DNA of 64,000 nucleotides from Amoebidium appalachense. Lineage: Eukaryota > Protista > Ichthyosporea. Both the position numbers and the translations under genes were made by a program. Below the pieces are notes generated by a model. That model ran no database searches, was not told the DNA's origin, and worked only from the letters and a program-made list of their open reading frames with translations. The stretch spans positions 4,041,146 through 4,105,145 of the forward strand of contig CAVNZM010000009.1 of assembly GCA_963693365.1 (NCBI GenBank), given 5' to 3'. Below, one piece after another: positions 1-27,512 of the stretch (within the stretch, counting starts at the first letter, position 1; every line of letters starts with the position of its first letter).

Positions 1-13835
<13,835 letters not shown>

Positions 13836-16518
13836 TGCCGACAAGGTGCTCGTGCGGGAATCTGGCTTCAAAAGTGTGCTTCTCGAACCATTTAAACTAT
13901 ATGTCTGTGTGTGTGTGTGTTGGGGAGGGGGGGGGGGGGGGGGGGAAGGGGGGGTGGTTACTTACACCATTGCTTTAGAGGTGGTTTCTTTCTGTAGGTC
14001 ACTAGGCTGAGAAGATAGGAGAGTAACTGTTCCGACTTCTATATCCGGAAGGGATAACTAGTTAATCGGGTGTATGCAGTATGCTGTAGGTGCAAATAGT
14101 AACTCTGTTTCGGCTACCATTGTTTTTTTGACTTTTCGGGGAACATGTATCGCGGCTGTAGCGTTTGTTTTGCGTTGTCGTGGATGTATGCTTTTGTTGT
14201 AATCTGGTTTATGTCGTCTGCATTTGAAATTATCTCGTATTGCCTGAAATTCTTGTGGTTGTTGCGCTGTGTGCCCTTTCTTTTTGGAAGAATATGGGTT
14301 TACATGAATTGGCGTGTGTGCGTCCGTGCGTATCTATGTTGAGAGTATCCAATATAAAATTCTGCCTCTCGTCATAGCAGATATGAAGCTTATGAAGCCT
14401 TCAAGCATGATTAATTTGTTTAATGCGTGTGTGTGTGGGGGGGGGGGGGGGGGGGGGGAGGGGGGGGGGGGGGGGGGGAGGGGTCGCAGGGCTTTTCCAT
14501 CGAACCATTGGTTGATTTTAAGTGCAATTGTAGGTGCACCGTTGAACATGGCATACATTGATTGTGTTGCAATTTGTGTTTGTAATGTCACTGCGTCAGG
14601 AGGACCCACTCGTTTTCCTTGCTGTCGGTACTGTAATTAAATATTGAGCCTGTATAGGGGGCCTGCAAGATTTGCGAATGTACTTGTACCAGTAAAGTTT
14701 CACAGTTTCAACAACGGTCGGTGCAAGTGTGACTGTGTACATCTGTGTATGTGTGTGTGTGTGTGTGTGACCTCTGCAGTGACAAGTGTACGTACGTGCG
14801 TGTGTGCACGTGAAGCCTGATATCGTAAGAGAGAGGAATTAGGGAACAAAAGTGCAATGACAGGAATGGGCAAGGTCCCTTTGTACATCATATGCATGAT
14901 CATGTATGTGCACAGAGACCACAGATTGTTCGAGCACGCCTTCTTCTAGAACTGGACACGGCGAAAAGTCGGTAGAGCATGGAAATTTGAAAACTGATAT
15001 CGATAACTCCCTGTGCTGAAAACGGTAAAATTACCGTTTCTGGAGCAAAATCTGAGGTTTTTTCATTTTTCGATCGCGTTCTCGCTGGAAGACCCTAACA
15101 AGTAGGGTCTCGCTATAAAGCCTATTATATTTATAGCAAGTTTCATAATACGCGAAACGTTGTTTACTAATGAAAAACTAGTTTTAGAGCTCTTTCAAAA
15201 TGGCATGGTCGCCAATTCTAGAAAGCGGAAAAATACTGTTTCTAAGACTTAGAATTGCTTAGAATTTGTCTCTCTATCAAATTGAACGATTTTATCATAA
15301 GCTACTTGTACAATTTGGCGGTGGTCGCGGCAGCCTACCGTAGGTGGCCGTGCGCACTTCACTGAAGCGCTGTGGCCAGAACCCTTTTGTGCTTATTTCT
15401 ACCATGAGCAAGTGGTTAGGGCATGGTAGTGACACTCGAAAGGCCCCTTTTTACTTCATTGCGCACTAGGCTGGCTTAGCATGTGAGCTTGTAATGGCCG
15501 CTAGCAGCACAGCCTGGGACTCCTGCTAATAGTTTGTTGCAACTCTGCAGCTGGCAGCACCACAAACCTCGCATACTGAGGTGAAGCAACAGCATTTGTG
15601 AGGCTCCTGTAACCTCGTGCAAGCTTTATATAAACGTAGTAAATGGCTGAGCACGTTACTAGACAAGATCTGCTCATCGTGTGCAGACCACTGTGCCAGA
15701 TCTGTGTGGAGAGCATGGGGACCCTACAAACAGCGTTTCCGGCCGTGCAATGAGCACGGACGATGCCTACGTTGAAGTTCGAGATAGAGGGTGTGAACAA
15801 GGACTCCTTTAACAGTGTGCTTTTAGACGGCTTTTAGGGTGCTTAGAGTACCTCCAGGCAGAAAAGCGGCCCCATGCGGTGTTGAAGATCAGAGCAAGGA
15901 AGGGAGCGAAAAGCTAGGGCTTCCGAACACATTCCACGCCAGCGACAAGGGCAACGGTGGCAGAAAAGTCGCCGGCAAAGGCGCCGGGAAACTGGGCTGG
16001 CGCAGCGGCGGAATCAAGCGATCGTATATTATAATAAGAGAATTTTTCGAAGTCTAGAAGCGGTAAAAATACCGTTTCTAGATTTGATCGATTTTCATCC
16101 CAAGGAGATACCAATTTGCCTGCAGCTGCTACCTTTGGAGGTAGCTCTTATTTTTCAAGGCTGACAAAACCTTCCTTCCGTAGCGACTGAGTCACGCGCC
16201 AGCTCATACCCTGAAAAATAGAGTATAGTTTTTCGCCAGACTGTTAGTTTATCAAACGGCGGCTGAGGCCACATGGCGCACGTGGCAGCCAATGTGCACA
16301 GCTGGTTTACAGTTTTTCAAATGAAACAGCAACCGTATGTATAAGCTTGAAAAGCGAACAGGAGTCAGTGCATTCGGCTGCAATGCACATGATTAGTATT
16401 TCTGTAAAGACACATTATACAGCAGCGGTTGCACGAATTCTATTGAAACATAGTGTCACAGTGCTGGCGGCGCTATGCCATCTGAATCGTGAGTGTGACT
16501 CGCCCGTTGAATCCCGGA

Positions 16519-16723
16519 CCAATCGGCGCCAAGTGAGGATGCGGGTATAATTGTTCCTATTGGTGGAATACTTTCACTATGACCAAAATAGGCAACCACG
16601 CAAAGGAAAAAGCATCCAATAGGAAACTCTTGCAAGATTGCGACGGCTTGACAAGCGCACCAATCAAATCCTTTTCTCGCATGCAGAGGAGGGCGGTCTG
16701 ACAAACAGGCACAGCTATAAAAA
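16519..16723 (+). promoter_or_regulatory. Putative Pol II promoter of the D-lactate dehydrogenase gene (CCAAT boxes, GC box, TATA box)
   Basis: CCAAT at 16519, 16616 and 16660, ATTGG at 16559, GGGCGG at 16691, TATAAAA at 16716. Followed by a plausible 5'-UTR intron (GTGAGT 16808 ... TTTCAAACAG 16960) and the ATG at 17000. Confidence 0.5.
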
Positions 16724-16999
16724 GCGGACACTCGAGTGACTCGAACACAGGAAGGGGCAAAGTTTTTTCCTTACGACTTGAATTGCATTTGCAGCTCTGT
16801 TAGAGACGTGAGTTAATAGCATAAAACGTACTGAAATATGTGCAAGCGTTGCACATGCCTGCAGTTTCAAAGATCTTATGAAAGAGAGGAAGTTTCACTT
16901 TAGAATCTTGCTTGTTCAAATTTAGTTTTCGGGGGTGTTCACCTCTTTGATTTCAAACAGTTTTTGTCCGGAGCAAAACCCTCCGGGGAGGTTCCAAAC

Positions 17000-18635
17000 A
17001 TGTATTCGTCACCACGGGGGGCCATTATGGGTGTTCGCCAAGCCGGGCGTGCACTACGGCAAGCACATGTGACCACACAACGTAAGGGATTCTCCCGCTG
17101 TGGGCTAAGGATTTTTTGTTAGTGCTTAGGAGTGGGTTTCAAGTCAGTCTGTCAAGTGGCCTTTCAAGCATGTTTACTGAACCCGAAGAATACAGTTGGG
17201 AAGGGATGCTCCATTAAACCCCTACACAAAGCCCGCCCCCCCCCTCCCCCCCCACCTCCCCTGCCATGCAGACCTAAACCTTGCCAAATCTTAACTCGAA
17301 CCCATGTGAGTGAACCCATTCGAGACTCACTTGCTGGGCCTACTCCTCTGCTCAGATGATCACGTGGAAGTCTTTTAAGGATTCTTTTGGGTGTGGTGGT
17401 ACGTTCTCTCATTCTCTTTCTCCTTTATGGCAGGGTTCACTCTGGCTCCTAAGATGCATCAGGCCGCCATGAAGCGGGGCTTTGCCACCATGTCCACCCC
17501 TGAAACCAGCGTGTTCCGTCAACGGTTCAGTGCGTTTGTGACCGGGTGTATGGCCACAGCTCTGACTGGTGTGGCTGTGGTCTCGGCACACAACCTGGTG
17601 AGTGCAATGAGTGATCGGCCTTCTGTTTGTGTCTTTTATTATTCATTCCTTTTTTTTTTTTTGTAAAGAAAGAGGAGAAGGCAGGGGATGGAAGGGGGTA
17701 GAGATGGTGGAGAGGGGGGGTGGGAGGGGGTGGGAGGGGGGTTGTTCAGTTGGTAGTGCCTCTTGTATGCTTGTTTGTGTTGGAGAAGGAAAACAGGGAG
17801 GCCGGGGGGAAAGGTGAGGGGAGGGCAGAGGGTAAGGGGGGGGGGGAAAGGGGGACAGGGCAAGTGGAGAAGTTCGGGCATGTGTATGTTGAAGGGGGGG
17901 GGGAAGGGGGGAGAAGGGTAGGAGTGGGGAAGGAGCAGTGAATGTGTTTCTTGTTGTTGAGGGGATTTAAACGGTAGCTGTCCCTTGTAACCTCTAGAAG
18001 CAAAAGGGGAGTGGCTCGGTCTCATAGTTAAGGGCTATTGGGTACTTTTCTTGTCCAATACGCATGGAGCCGGAAGGGGAGGGGGGTTGGGGGGGAGGGG
18101 GGGAGAGGGAAAAATTAACAAGGAGAAGACGAAAACCCGACAGGATAGTTCCTTACCCGTTACCGGAAAAACCCACACAGGCAAGTGGTGAGAAGGAGTC
18201 GTTTGAGTCTGCGCACTGTCAGGCCTATGAGGAACTTAGTGCCCTGCTGGGTGACAGATTCTCCACGGCACCTGCTGAACTCGAGGCATGCACAACCCCC
18301 CCCCCCCCTCCCCCCCTCCTCCCGGGGCACCCTGGAAAAGAAGAGAGGGAGGGGGGGGGGGGGGGGGGAGAAAGGAGAAAGAAAGGGTGCACCTGTTTGA
18401 GGGGGGGGGCGTGGGAGGGAGGGGGGGGGAGGAGAGGGAGGGGGGAGGGAGGGGGGGGGGGGGGGGGGGGGAGGGGCAGGGAGAAGGAAAAGGAGATGCA
18501 ATATACCATGTGGCTGAAGGGAAGGGAAGCTGTAGGGCTAGAGAGAGAGAGAGAGCATGTGTGTGGGGCGGAAGGAGAGAGGGAGAGAAAAAGAGAGGAT
18601 GTGCTTACGGCATTACGTGGTCACTGGGTTTTTTT

Positions 18636-18680
<45 letters not shown>

Positions 18681-18892
18681 AAAAAAAAAAAAAGAAAAAG
18701 GAAAGAAGAAGAAGAAGAAGACAAAGAAGAAGAAAAAGACAGGAGAAGGTGTTCATTATTGACAATTAGTCCCTGGGTCACCCGATGATCTTAATGTTCA
18801 TTATAGAAATCCCGGTGTGGCTCTTTTTGCTCCACATCTAACCGACAACAACACATCCTTGCTTGGAACACATGCACACACACACACACAGA

Positions 18893-18981
<89 letters not shown>

Positions 18982-19461
18982 CACGTGGCAAAGAGATGAG
19001 CGGATACCAGCCGCCCGAGTGGCCCCAAGCCGTTGTGTGGCCGGAGAGCACTGAGGAGGTGTCGAAGATCATGAAAGTGAGCACTGGTGTGCTTACGTAA
19101 GACTGTTCCCATGGATGTTGGGTGCACACACCGCCATAAGCCCGGCACCGCCCTTCTATGAGGCTTTATAACGAAGCAACCCACCTCTCGCAACTTTCTC
19201 CCCCCTTCCCCCCTTCCCCCCAAATAAAAAGTTCACACATGATCACCACTACCTTCACCCTCATCCCCCCCCCTCCCCCCCCTCCCCTTTACCTTCTCCC
19301 TCCATTATCCCGTTTCCCACGCGAGTTCCTCCCTGCGTTTCACGCACACATACGCATACATGCTCACAACTCATAATTTATGAGGCCTCTTTTTGGTACT
19401 GCTGTCCGTGTCGTCACGGCGTTCCCTCGAGATCTTTGAAACTAACTACACCTCCCCCCTC

Positions 19462-19514
<53 letters not shown>

Positions 19515-19649
19515 ACACACACCCACCCACACAAACAGATCTGCTACAAGTACAGTATACCCGTAGTGCCCTATGCTGCCGGCACCTCCCTCGAGGGCCA
19601 CACCACTGCCCCCCAGGGTGGTGTGTGTATTGATGTCAGGTGTGGAAAG

Positions 19650-19689
<40 letters not shown>

Positions 19690-20799
19690 CTCTTCCAATG
19701 TCCCTCTTACCCCTTCTACCTCTGTCGGCACTCCTCTACAATCCCAACCACATTTTAATCTCATCTTCTGAGTTCATGCCTGCTTTCTCCCTTCCCCCAT
19801 GCCCCATTATCCAGAAACCCAGCTGATGGACACAAGTACGACCGATGTGAAAGCTGTGCGGACTCGCTCGCTAACACACTCACCAGCACCATGCACATAC
19901 TTGGTATCTACAAGGCTAAGAAAGTATGACGGTTTCTGATAAGGATTCACGATTTGATTCACTTGATTCACTTTTGGCATAGTCTTAACACACATTTGCT
20001 TGCCTGCTACTCACTATACCAGGCTGGTTCGGTTGGTCTGTGCTTATAATGTGAGGCCAACCAGCCTCGGCTAGCCCCAGGTTGACTAGTATCTTCCATA
20101 TAAGGTTGAACCGATTGCCCCTACCTTCCATACAAGGCTAAATATGGTTGGTGCAGGCGCATGGACCGTGTGCTGCAGGTCAACAGCAAGGACATGGACG
20201 TAGAGGTGCAGCCCGGTGTGGGCTGGATGGAACTTAACGACTATCTAAAGGTAACAACCCAACCCCCCCCCCCCTCCCCCCCAGCCCTCGCACACAAAAT
20301 GAGATAATGAAAATAGAGATAAATAAAATAAAATAAATACCACACAGCTGGATAGGATACACCCATTTGGCAGCACGGGTAAAAATTTGGAGGGGCTATC
20401 ATTCACCATTAGAGAATGTTTATTTGTTTTCCAACTTCGTGAGTCCCGCAATGCACATCCGTGAAGTAACGGGGACAAGCAAACATGCTCTGTGAATGTT
20501 AGCTGACTGTAACGTTGGAAACGGGGGGGAGGGGGGAAGGTGGTTTTGGGGGGAAAGAAGGTGGGGTGGAAGGGGGGTTTTGGTGTTGGTGGTGGTTGGT
20601 TGGGGGGGGGGGTAACTCGGGTCCATACCTGACACATATTTTGGGGATGCAGCCGCACGGGTTCTTCCTTGGGGTGGACCCTGCCCCAGGGGCATGCATT
20701 GGGGGCATGTGTGCTACTTGCTGCTCAGGCACAAACGCAGTCAAGTGAGTGTGTGGGTGCGTGTGTGCGTGTGTGTGTGCGTGTGTGCGTTCTTCGTGC

Positions 20800-20846
<47 letters not shown>

Positions 20847-21475
20847 GTGGTGGTGGTGGTGGTGGTGGGGGGGGGGGGGGGGGGGGGGGGGGTGTAGTTG
20901 CACAATGAAAGCCATGTCCTGTGGGGGGATTGGGCGTGGATTTGGCTATTTTGTAACATCCAAAGTGTGGCACTCGTTATAGGATGTCGGTTGTGCATAT
21001 GGGTGGCCTGGGAATGTAAGCGTGTTGTGGTGGTGGGGAGATGGGGGGGGGGGCATGGCTATTTTGTAACATCCAAAGTGTGGCACTCGTTATAGGATGT
21101 CGGTTGTGCATATGGGTGGCCTGGGAATGTAAGCGTGTTGTGGTGGTGGGGGGATGGGGGGGGGGGCATTATGGCTGCATGTGTGTGCATGCGCGGTAGT
21201 GGTATCGGCTACGATAGGGGGGTATGCAAGGGTGTGTATGTGTGTGTGTGCATATGTTCATTCGAGGTCAAGTGTATGTTGGACATGGGTGGGTGGATGT
21301 ACCGAAGAGGGTGGTGTGTGTCTTGGATGTCACTTTTTTCTTGCCACCTATCATTTCTAGTTGGTGATCATTGTCGTTCCATGCTTCATTGCAATGCATG
21401 AAGGAATAGTGTTTAGCACATACTCATACACACAATACAAATACAACACACACAAAACACACAAAAAAAAACAAC

Positions 21476-21556
<81 letters not shown>

Positions 21557-23309
21557 CACACATCTACACACACATCTACGCATATCTACGCACGCACACG
21601 CACACACGCACACGTACACACACACACAGGTACGGCACCATGCGTGAGCAGGTAGTCAACCTGACCGTAGTCATGTCGGATGGGACCATTGTCAAAACCG
21701 GACAGAGGGCACGCAAGTCTTCTGCCGGATACAACATTGCAAGCCTGATTGTCGGTGTGTTTCCCCCCTTACAGTACTTGCACTGACTCTCAACCAATCG
21801 GCCCTAGGCAGGTCTATGGGATGCGATTGGTTGGCGGTTGACTCTAACAGTTAATCTCTGATCGAAGTAAACGTTTCCCATGGAGATTTCCCATGGGCCG
21901 TCCAATCCTATGACTGCAAAAAGCTGATTAGTTCAGAAGTCGGTGCAAGCAATATAGATTGTTTATTAGTTTTCTCTGTTTTGCCTTTGCTTGAGGTTTT
22001 CCTGGCCGGCCAGGGCCGAAAAATCACGAGATTTGGATGGTATTTGTTTCTGTGTATCTCGTATTTTCCTAATACCTGGATGGTATTTCCGGACATTTTC
22101 CTATGAAGCATCCACACCATGCGCACCATGCGCACACCATGGTCGGAAAAATACCATGTAAAAAAGTTGGATGGTATTTCTAAAAATAAAAAGGTATTTT
22201 AGAGGGTGTAAACGCAGTTTTGGTCACCCCTGCCTGGCCCTACATCTGCATGTTTTCTTCTTGCTCCATTAAGGCTCTTGACCCCCGTTTCCGTGTTCCC
22301 CCCCCCCCCCCCCCCCCCCCTTTCTCCCCCGGGCCCCACCCCCCCCCCCCAAAAAAGAATGAATGAAAGTAAGTAAGGAAGAAAGGAGGAAAACTACTCA
22401 AATCCCCATTATTCCCCCCAATTTCCTTTCCGCAGTGCGGGCGTAAGCGGTATGCAGATGCCGACAAACTTTTAGATTTTCTTTTTTGGACACCTTATGT
22501 TTTTGTTTTCTCATGCCCCTCCACCATTTCAGGCTCTGAGGGGACTCTTGGTATTGTCACTGAGGCTACTCTTAAGGTTCGCAACATTCCTGAGAAGATT
22601 GTTATTGCAAGGGTTAACTTCGACAATGTTCACAAGGTGACAGCCCCTCTCCCCCCTCCTCCCCCCCCCTCCCCCCCCCCCCCCCCTTCCCCCCTCCCCC
22701 CTCTCCCCCCCCCCCCATCTCCCCGTGCCCCCCCCCCCCCCCCCCCCCCCCATCTCCCCGTGCCCCCTGTCCCTCTTACGGTATCTTTTTTCCTCCATTC
22801 TCTCTCCCTCCTTCTTCCTCCTGATCCTCCCCCTTCCCACCCCCCACTTCCCGGTCTGCCTCTCTTTCGCCCCTCTGCCCTTTAAAAAATGGGTGTTCTG
22901 CTTCACCAATCTGATTTCCGTTCTCTCTGAATATTTTTGATGTGTCGTTTCACGATCTATGACTTCTAGGTAAAAACCAAGAAGCAGAAGCAGCGGTCAA
23001 CCCTCTAGGAATGTTCTTGTAAATAATGGATGGTGGTTTGTTTTTAGCTTTTTTTATTTATTTATTTATCTATTTTGTATTGTTTTGTTTGTTTTGGTTT
23101 GTTGGTTTGGTTTGGATTTTTCCCTCCCTTTATTTGATCTATTTTTTATTTTATTTTATTTTATTTTTTATTTTATTTTATTTATTTATTTATTTATTTT
23201 TTTTTTTTTGGGGGGGGGGGGGAAGGTTACAACTGCTGAAAAACCACATACTACCCACAGGCATCGGATGCAGTCATTGAAATCCTCCAGAAGGGCATCC
23301 AGGTATCGC

Positions 23310-23341
<32 letters not shown>

Positions 23342-23363
23342 TTCCCCTTCCCCCTACCCCTTC

Positions 23364-23408
<45 letters not shown>

Positions 23409-24673
23409 CGTCTCTCCGTCCCCTATCGTTACCAGCATGTATGCCCACAGACTCGCATCACTTTTCACTACCATCTACCCAGCGCACGTGTCATCGGGTT
23501 AGCCCAACATACTTAGTTATATGCTTGAACGGAGAATTCAATCTGCTATGCTTGACAATTGTTAATCTGTGCTGGGCTGGGGCTTGGATACAAGAACGTA
23601 CGGGAAGTCCTTTTTAGAAGTACCCACCCACCCAGCTACACCAGATATAAGCCGATCTAGATAACCCCTGCGTTCATCTGATGATCTGGCACGCTATATC
23701 TGATCAAGACATTCGCATCAAAACTTCTCCTTATCTCAGCCAATCCAAATCTCCCTGTCTATGGCGCGCACGCTATCCGAAATGTAAATCTATCATAATC
23801 TCATTCACCACTGCTCTAAATCTAAGCGATCTAGATCTCCCCTGTACGCCATCTAATCTAGATCCCATCGCAGCTGGGTGCTGTTGAGCTTTTTGATGAT
23901 GAGATGGTGCGTGCAGTCAACAAGTACATGGGCATGGATATGCCAGAGACCCCGTGCATTCTCTTCAAATTTACCGGCAGGTATTGGACCCCCCCCCCCC
24001 CCCCCCCCCGCCCCCTCCCCGTCGTGGATTAATTTTGGGTAGTCTGTAACACCCTCATCCCCCTCCCCCCTCCCCCCCCCCCCCCCCCCCCCCCTCCACA
24101 CCTACTCCCTGCGATGGGTTCTCTTTATCATGCATACTTTTTGGACGTGCTTTATGTGGCAACGCCTGCATTGCATTTTCAGTCGAGAATTTTTTGTTCG
24201 TGCTCTGCAACACATTCTTTACCTCCCTCCTCCCTCCCATTCTCCCCCCCCCCCCCCCTCTCTCTCTCTCTCGCTCCAAACCCCTCCCCCCCCCCCCCCC
24301 CCCCCCCCCGCCCCATCCGCATTCATCCCACCTCCTCCTTCCCCTTCCGCCACATTCTCTGTGAAAATTACCGATGTTTTTTTCCGTGTGCTTACACGTA
24401 CTGAAACTACACGTACTGAAACTTCGCTGTCTATCCCGTTTATCCACACAGCAAGGAGCACGTCGAGCACGATATCCAGGCCGTCAAGCAGATAACCAGC
24501 AAATATACAGACCACCCGTACACGTGGTCGAAGACCGAGGAGGTATTGAATCCCCCCTCACTCTCCCATCACCCACCCACCCACGACACACACATGTACA
24601 CACCACACACATTGCCCTCTCTCTGGCTCTCTCCATCCACACAACCAGCATCCGTGGATACACATACATACTG

Positions 24674-24717
<44 letters not shown>

Positions 24718-24792
24718 ACTGCCCCCTTCGCCTCGTCCCCCCCCCCCCCCCCCCATCCCCCCTCCCCCTCTCCCCCCACACACACATACGCG

Positions 24793-24844
<52 letters not shown>

Positions 24845-25356
24845 CACACACACACACACACACACATAAGACGTGTGTGCATGTGTGTATGTGTGCCCCT
24901 CACAAAACAGGCCCTTCACTTGTTCACCTTTACCACAGCACACACCACAGCATAATACTGGAATTTATTTACTGATGCATGATTTTTCACCAATCACAGG
25001 AGGGCGATCGTCTTTGGCAGGCGCGCAAGCATTCCTTCTGGGCTGCACAGGCAATCTGCCCAGAAAAGAGGCTCATGGCCACAGTACGTGCCCCCCGCCC
25101 TCCTCCCTGTGCTCTCGCTCGAACACACACCCGTCCATGTCCTTGCTCGCTGCTGCCCCCACATATCTTCTTCTTGACCCTCCCCCCTCCCCCCCCCCCC
25201 CCCCCCTCTTCTCCCCCAGTAAAACCCACAGACGAACACACCCTTTTAATCACTATCTTTTTATCATGCATATCCCGTGGGAAACAAAGATTTGCCGTGA
25301 TTTTCTGCCATCTCGAAAGGTTCAGAATCAGCACACTATCAATCCCTGCCCCCTTC

Positions 25357-25387
<31 letters not shown>

Positions 25388-25519
25388 AAAAAAAAAAACA
25401 CTGGTCCAACCCATGTGCACAAGCTTACTCCCAGGAACTGACCTTCTGTTTGAGTGATCCACCTTCTCTTCCTCCCCACTTCCTTCCCCTCACTCCTGCC
25501 CACAATTCTCCCATACAAT

Positions 25520-25552
<33 letters not shown>

Positions 25553-25797
25553 GACCCCCCCCCCCTCCCGGCATCCACTCAATCCTCCTCTCCGCCCCAT
25601 GCGTATTCTTTGTGGTTTGCGCTCGGGATTGTGTTTTCGTCGTGAACGTGTACATGGAATCTCGCACTATAACTGATTTTAACACCCTCCCTCCCCCCCT
25701 CCCCCCTCCCCCCCCCCCCCCCCCCCCCCCCCTCCTACCCATCAACCCTCCTCCCCCCCTTTCCCACCCCCCCCTCCTCCTCCCTTCCTCCCCCCCC

Positions 25798-25859
<62 letters not shown>

Positions 25860-26095
25860 ACATAGGATGTAGCCGTGCCCATCTCCCGCCTAGCCGACTG
25901 CATCACCGCCACCAAGGAAGAACTAGATGCCAGTTTCCTGTTCTGCCCCATAGTGGGGCATGTTGGTGATGGTAATTTCCATGTGGTGATCATGTTCGAT
26001 CCAAACGACCCCAAGGAGGCGGATGAGGCTCACAGGCTCAATAGATCTATGGTATGTTTTTTCGCCCTCCTGTCCTCCCCCCTCCCTTTCCCCCA

Positions 26096-26194
<99 letters not shown>

Positions 26195-26297
26195 GTCTCT
26201 CTCTCTCTTCCCCCCTTCCTCTTCCTTTCCCCCACACCAGTACCAACCCCACCCTCAACCCCTTGTCTCGGTGAATTTGTAATTGTTTTTTCCTTAA

Positions 26298-26336
<39 letters not shown>

Positions 26337-27512
26337 TTGGGGGGGGGGGGGGGGGGGGGACGAGCAAAAGTTCAGTAGGAACTCCCCCCTCCCTCCCCTC
26401 CCCTCCCCCCCCCCCGGGGGGGGGACGAGCAAAAGTTCAGTAGGAACTCCCCCCTCCCTCCCCCTCCCCCTCCCCCCCCCCCCCCCCACCCCACCCCACC
26501 CCGGGGGTCGTCACTTTTGCTTGCCCTCCCTCATACCCCCCCCCCCCCCCCCCCGCCTGCCCACCTGCCCCCTTCCCCTTCCCTTTTCAGACTTCCTCGG
26601 TTTGTATGTCGTAAGGTTAAGAGTAGGTAGACACCACTAAATCAAGATCACCTTTCTTACTATATTCCAAATATGGAAATTTCCTAATATGGTTATTTCT
26701 GCAGGTGTACCGGGCCATTGCCATGGAAGGCACGTGCACGGGTGAACACGGTGTTGGCATCGGCAAGAAGGAATATATCAGTATGTGCCGACCCCCCCCC
26801 CCCCCCCCCCCCCCCTCTCTCCACAGAGACACACACACACATCCGCACCAACACACACGGCACGCGCGCATGTTCTATTGGTTGGTGCAAACTCACTCCC
26901 CCCCCCCCCCCCCCCCCCCTCCCCTCCCTCCCCCCACCGGCCCAACACACACGTACACATACACTCCATCACCAGCATAAACACATTTAACCACTGCACT
27001 ACCACAGCTGCTTTTTAAAAGAGCAAAAACCAACGTCTAGCTGACAGACATTGTGAAGATCTAGTCTTTGAAGCCAAAATCACCTCGTGCCACCCCCCTC
27101 CCCCCCCCCCCCCCCCCCCCCTCCCCCCCTCCCCTCCCCACCGGTTCACTTTACCCTTCCCCCTCCCCCCCCCCTTCTCCCTTTACTGTGCATTGCTGTC
27201 ACTGAGTTGTGTCCTATTCTACCTCCCCCCTCCCTCCCCCTCCGTCTCCCCCCTTTCCCTGCTCGGTTTGAATTTCACTTACTAACTCACACCCTCCCTG
27301 TCCCCCCCCTCCCCCCACCCCCCCAAAATTATACACATATATATATATATCCGGCCTCCCCCCCTCCCCCCTCCCCCCCCCCCTCCCCCCCCCCCTCCCC
27401 TCTCTCTGCAGTTCCCGAGCGTGGAGAGGCAACAGTGAACGTGATGCGGCAAATCAAGAGGGCACTCGATCCCAAGAACATTATGAACCCTGGAAAGATC
27501 TTTGACCTCTGA
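17000..27512 (+). CDS. LDHD: Mitochondrial D-lactate dehydrogenase (FAD-linked oxidase/transferase type 4; LDHD/DLD1-like)
   Basis: 16 phase-consistent exons: 17000-17081, 17434-17597, 18181-18285 (GC donor), 18981-19076, 19539-19639, 20157-20250, 20653-20744, 21630-21754, 22533-22636, 23261-23302, 23874-23980, 24452-24542, 25000-25083, 25866-26051, 26705-26780, 27412-27512 (TGA). Arg-rich, acid-poor N-terminal presequence. Motifs: [99 protein letters not shown]. Confidence 0.95.
20943..21165. repeat. 113-bp-period near-identical intronic tandem duplication, each copy ending in a G run
   Basis: TGGCTATTTTGTAACATCCAAAGTGTGGCACTCGTTATAGGATGTCGG... at 20943 and at 21056. Confidence 0.9.
21782..21949 (+). 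repeat. Dispersed repeat copy B, containing a perfect 10-bp inverted repeat (CAACCAATCG/CGATTGGTTG)
   Basis: Matches the reverse complement of 2638-2823. Inverted arms at 21791-21800 and 21824-21833. Confidence 0.75.
22011..22232. mobile_element. Possible non-autonomous DNA transposon (hAT-like MITE) in a LDHD intron
   Basis: Termini CAGGG...CCCTG. Internal motif TGGATGGTATTT three times plus an inverted AAATACCAT. CCTGGCC lies near both flanks, but there is no clean 8-bp target-site duplication. Confidence 0.4.

Noticed and set aside
15181-15200. GTTTTAGAGCT, identical to the start of the type II-A CRISPR repeat
   Set aside because: Single 11-nt match with no array, spacers or cas genes, in a eukaryotic context.
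15501-16114. Short non-repetitive ORFs in the USP-LDHD intergenic region
   Set aside because: No recognisable motifs or consistent splice structure.
23676-23710. TGATGA...CTGA as a C/D-box snoRNA (similar motifs at 499-566)
   Set aside because: Too short or imperfect, with no recognisable guide or terminal stem.
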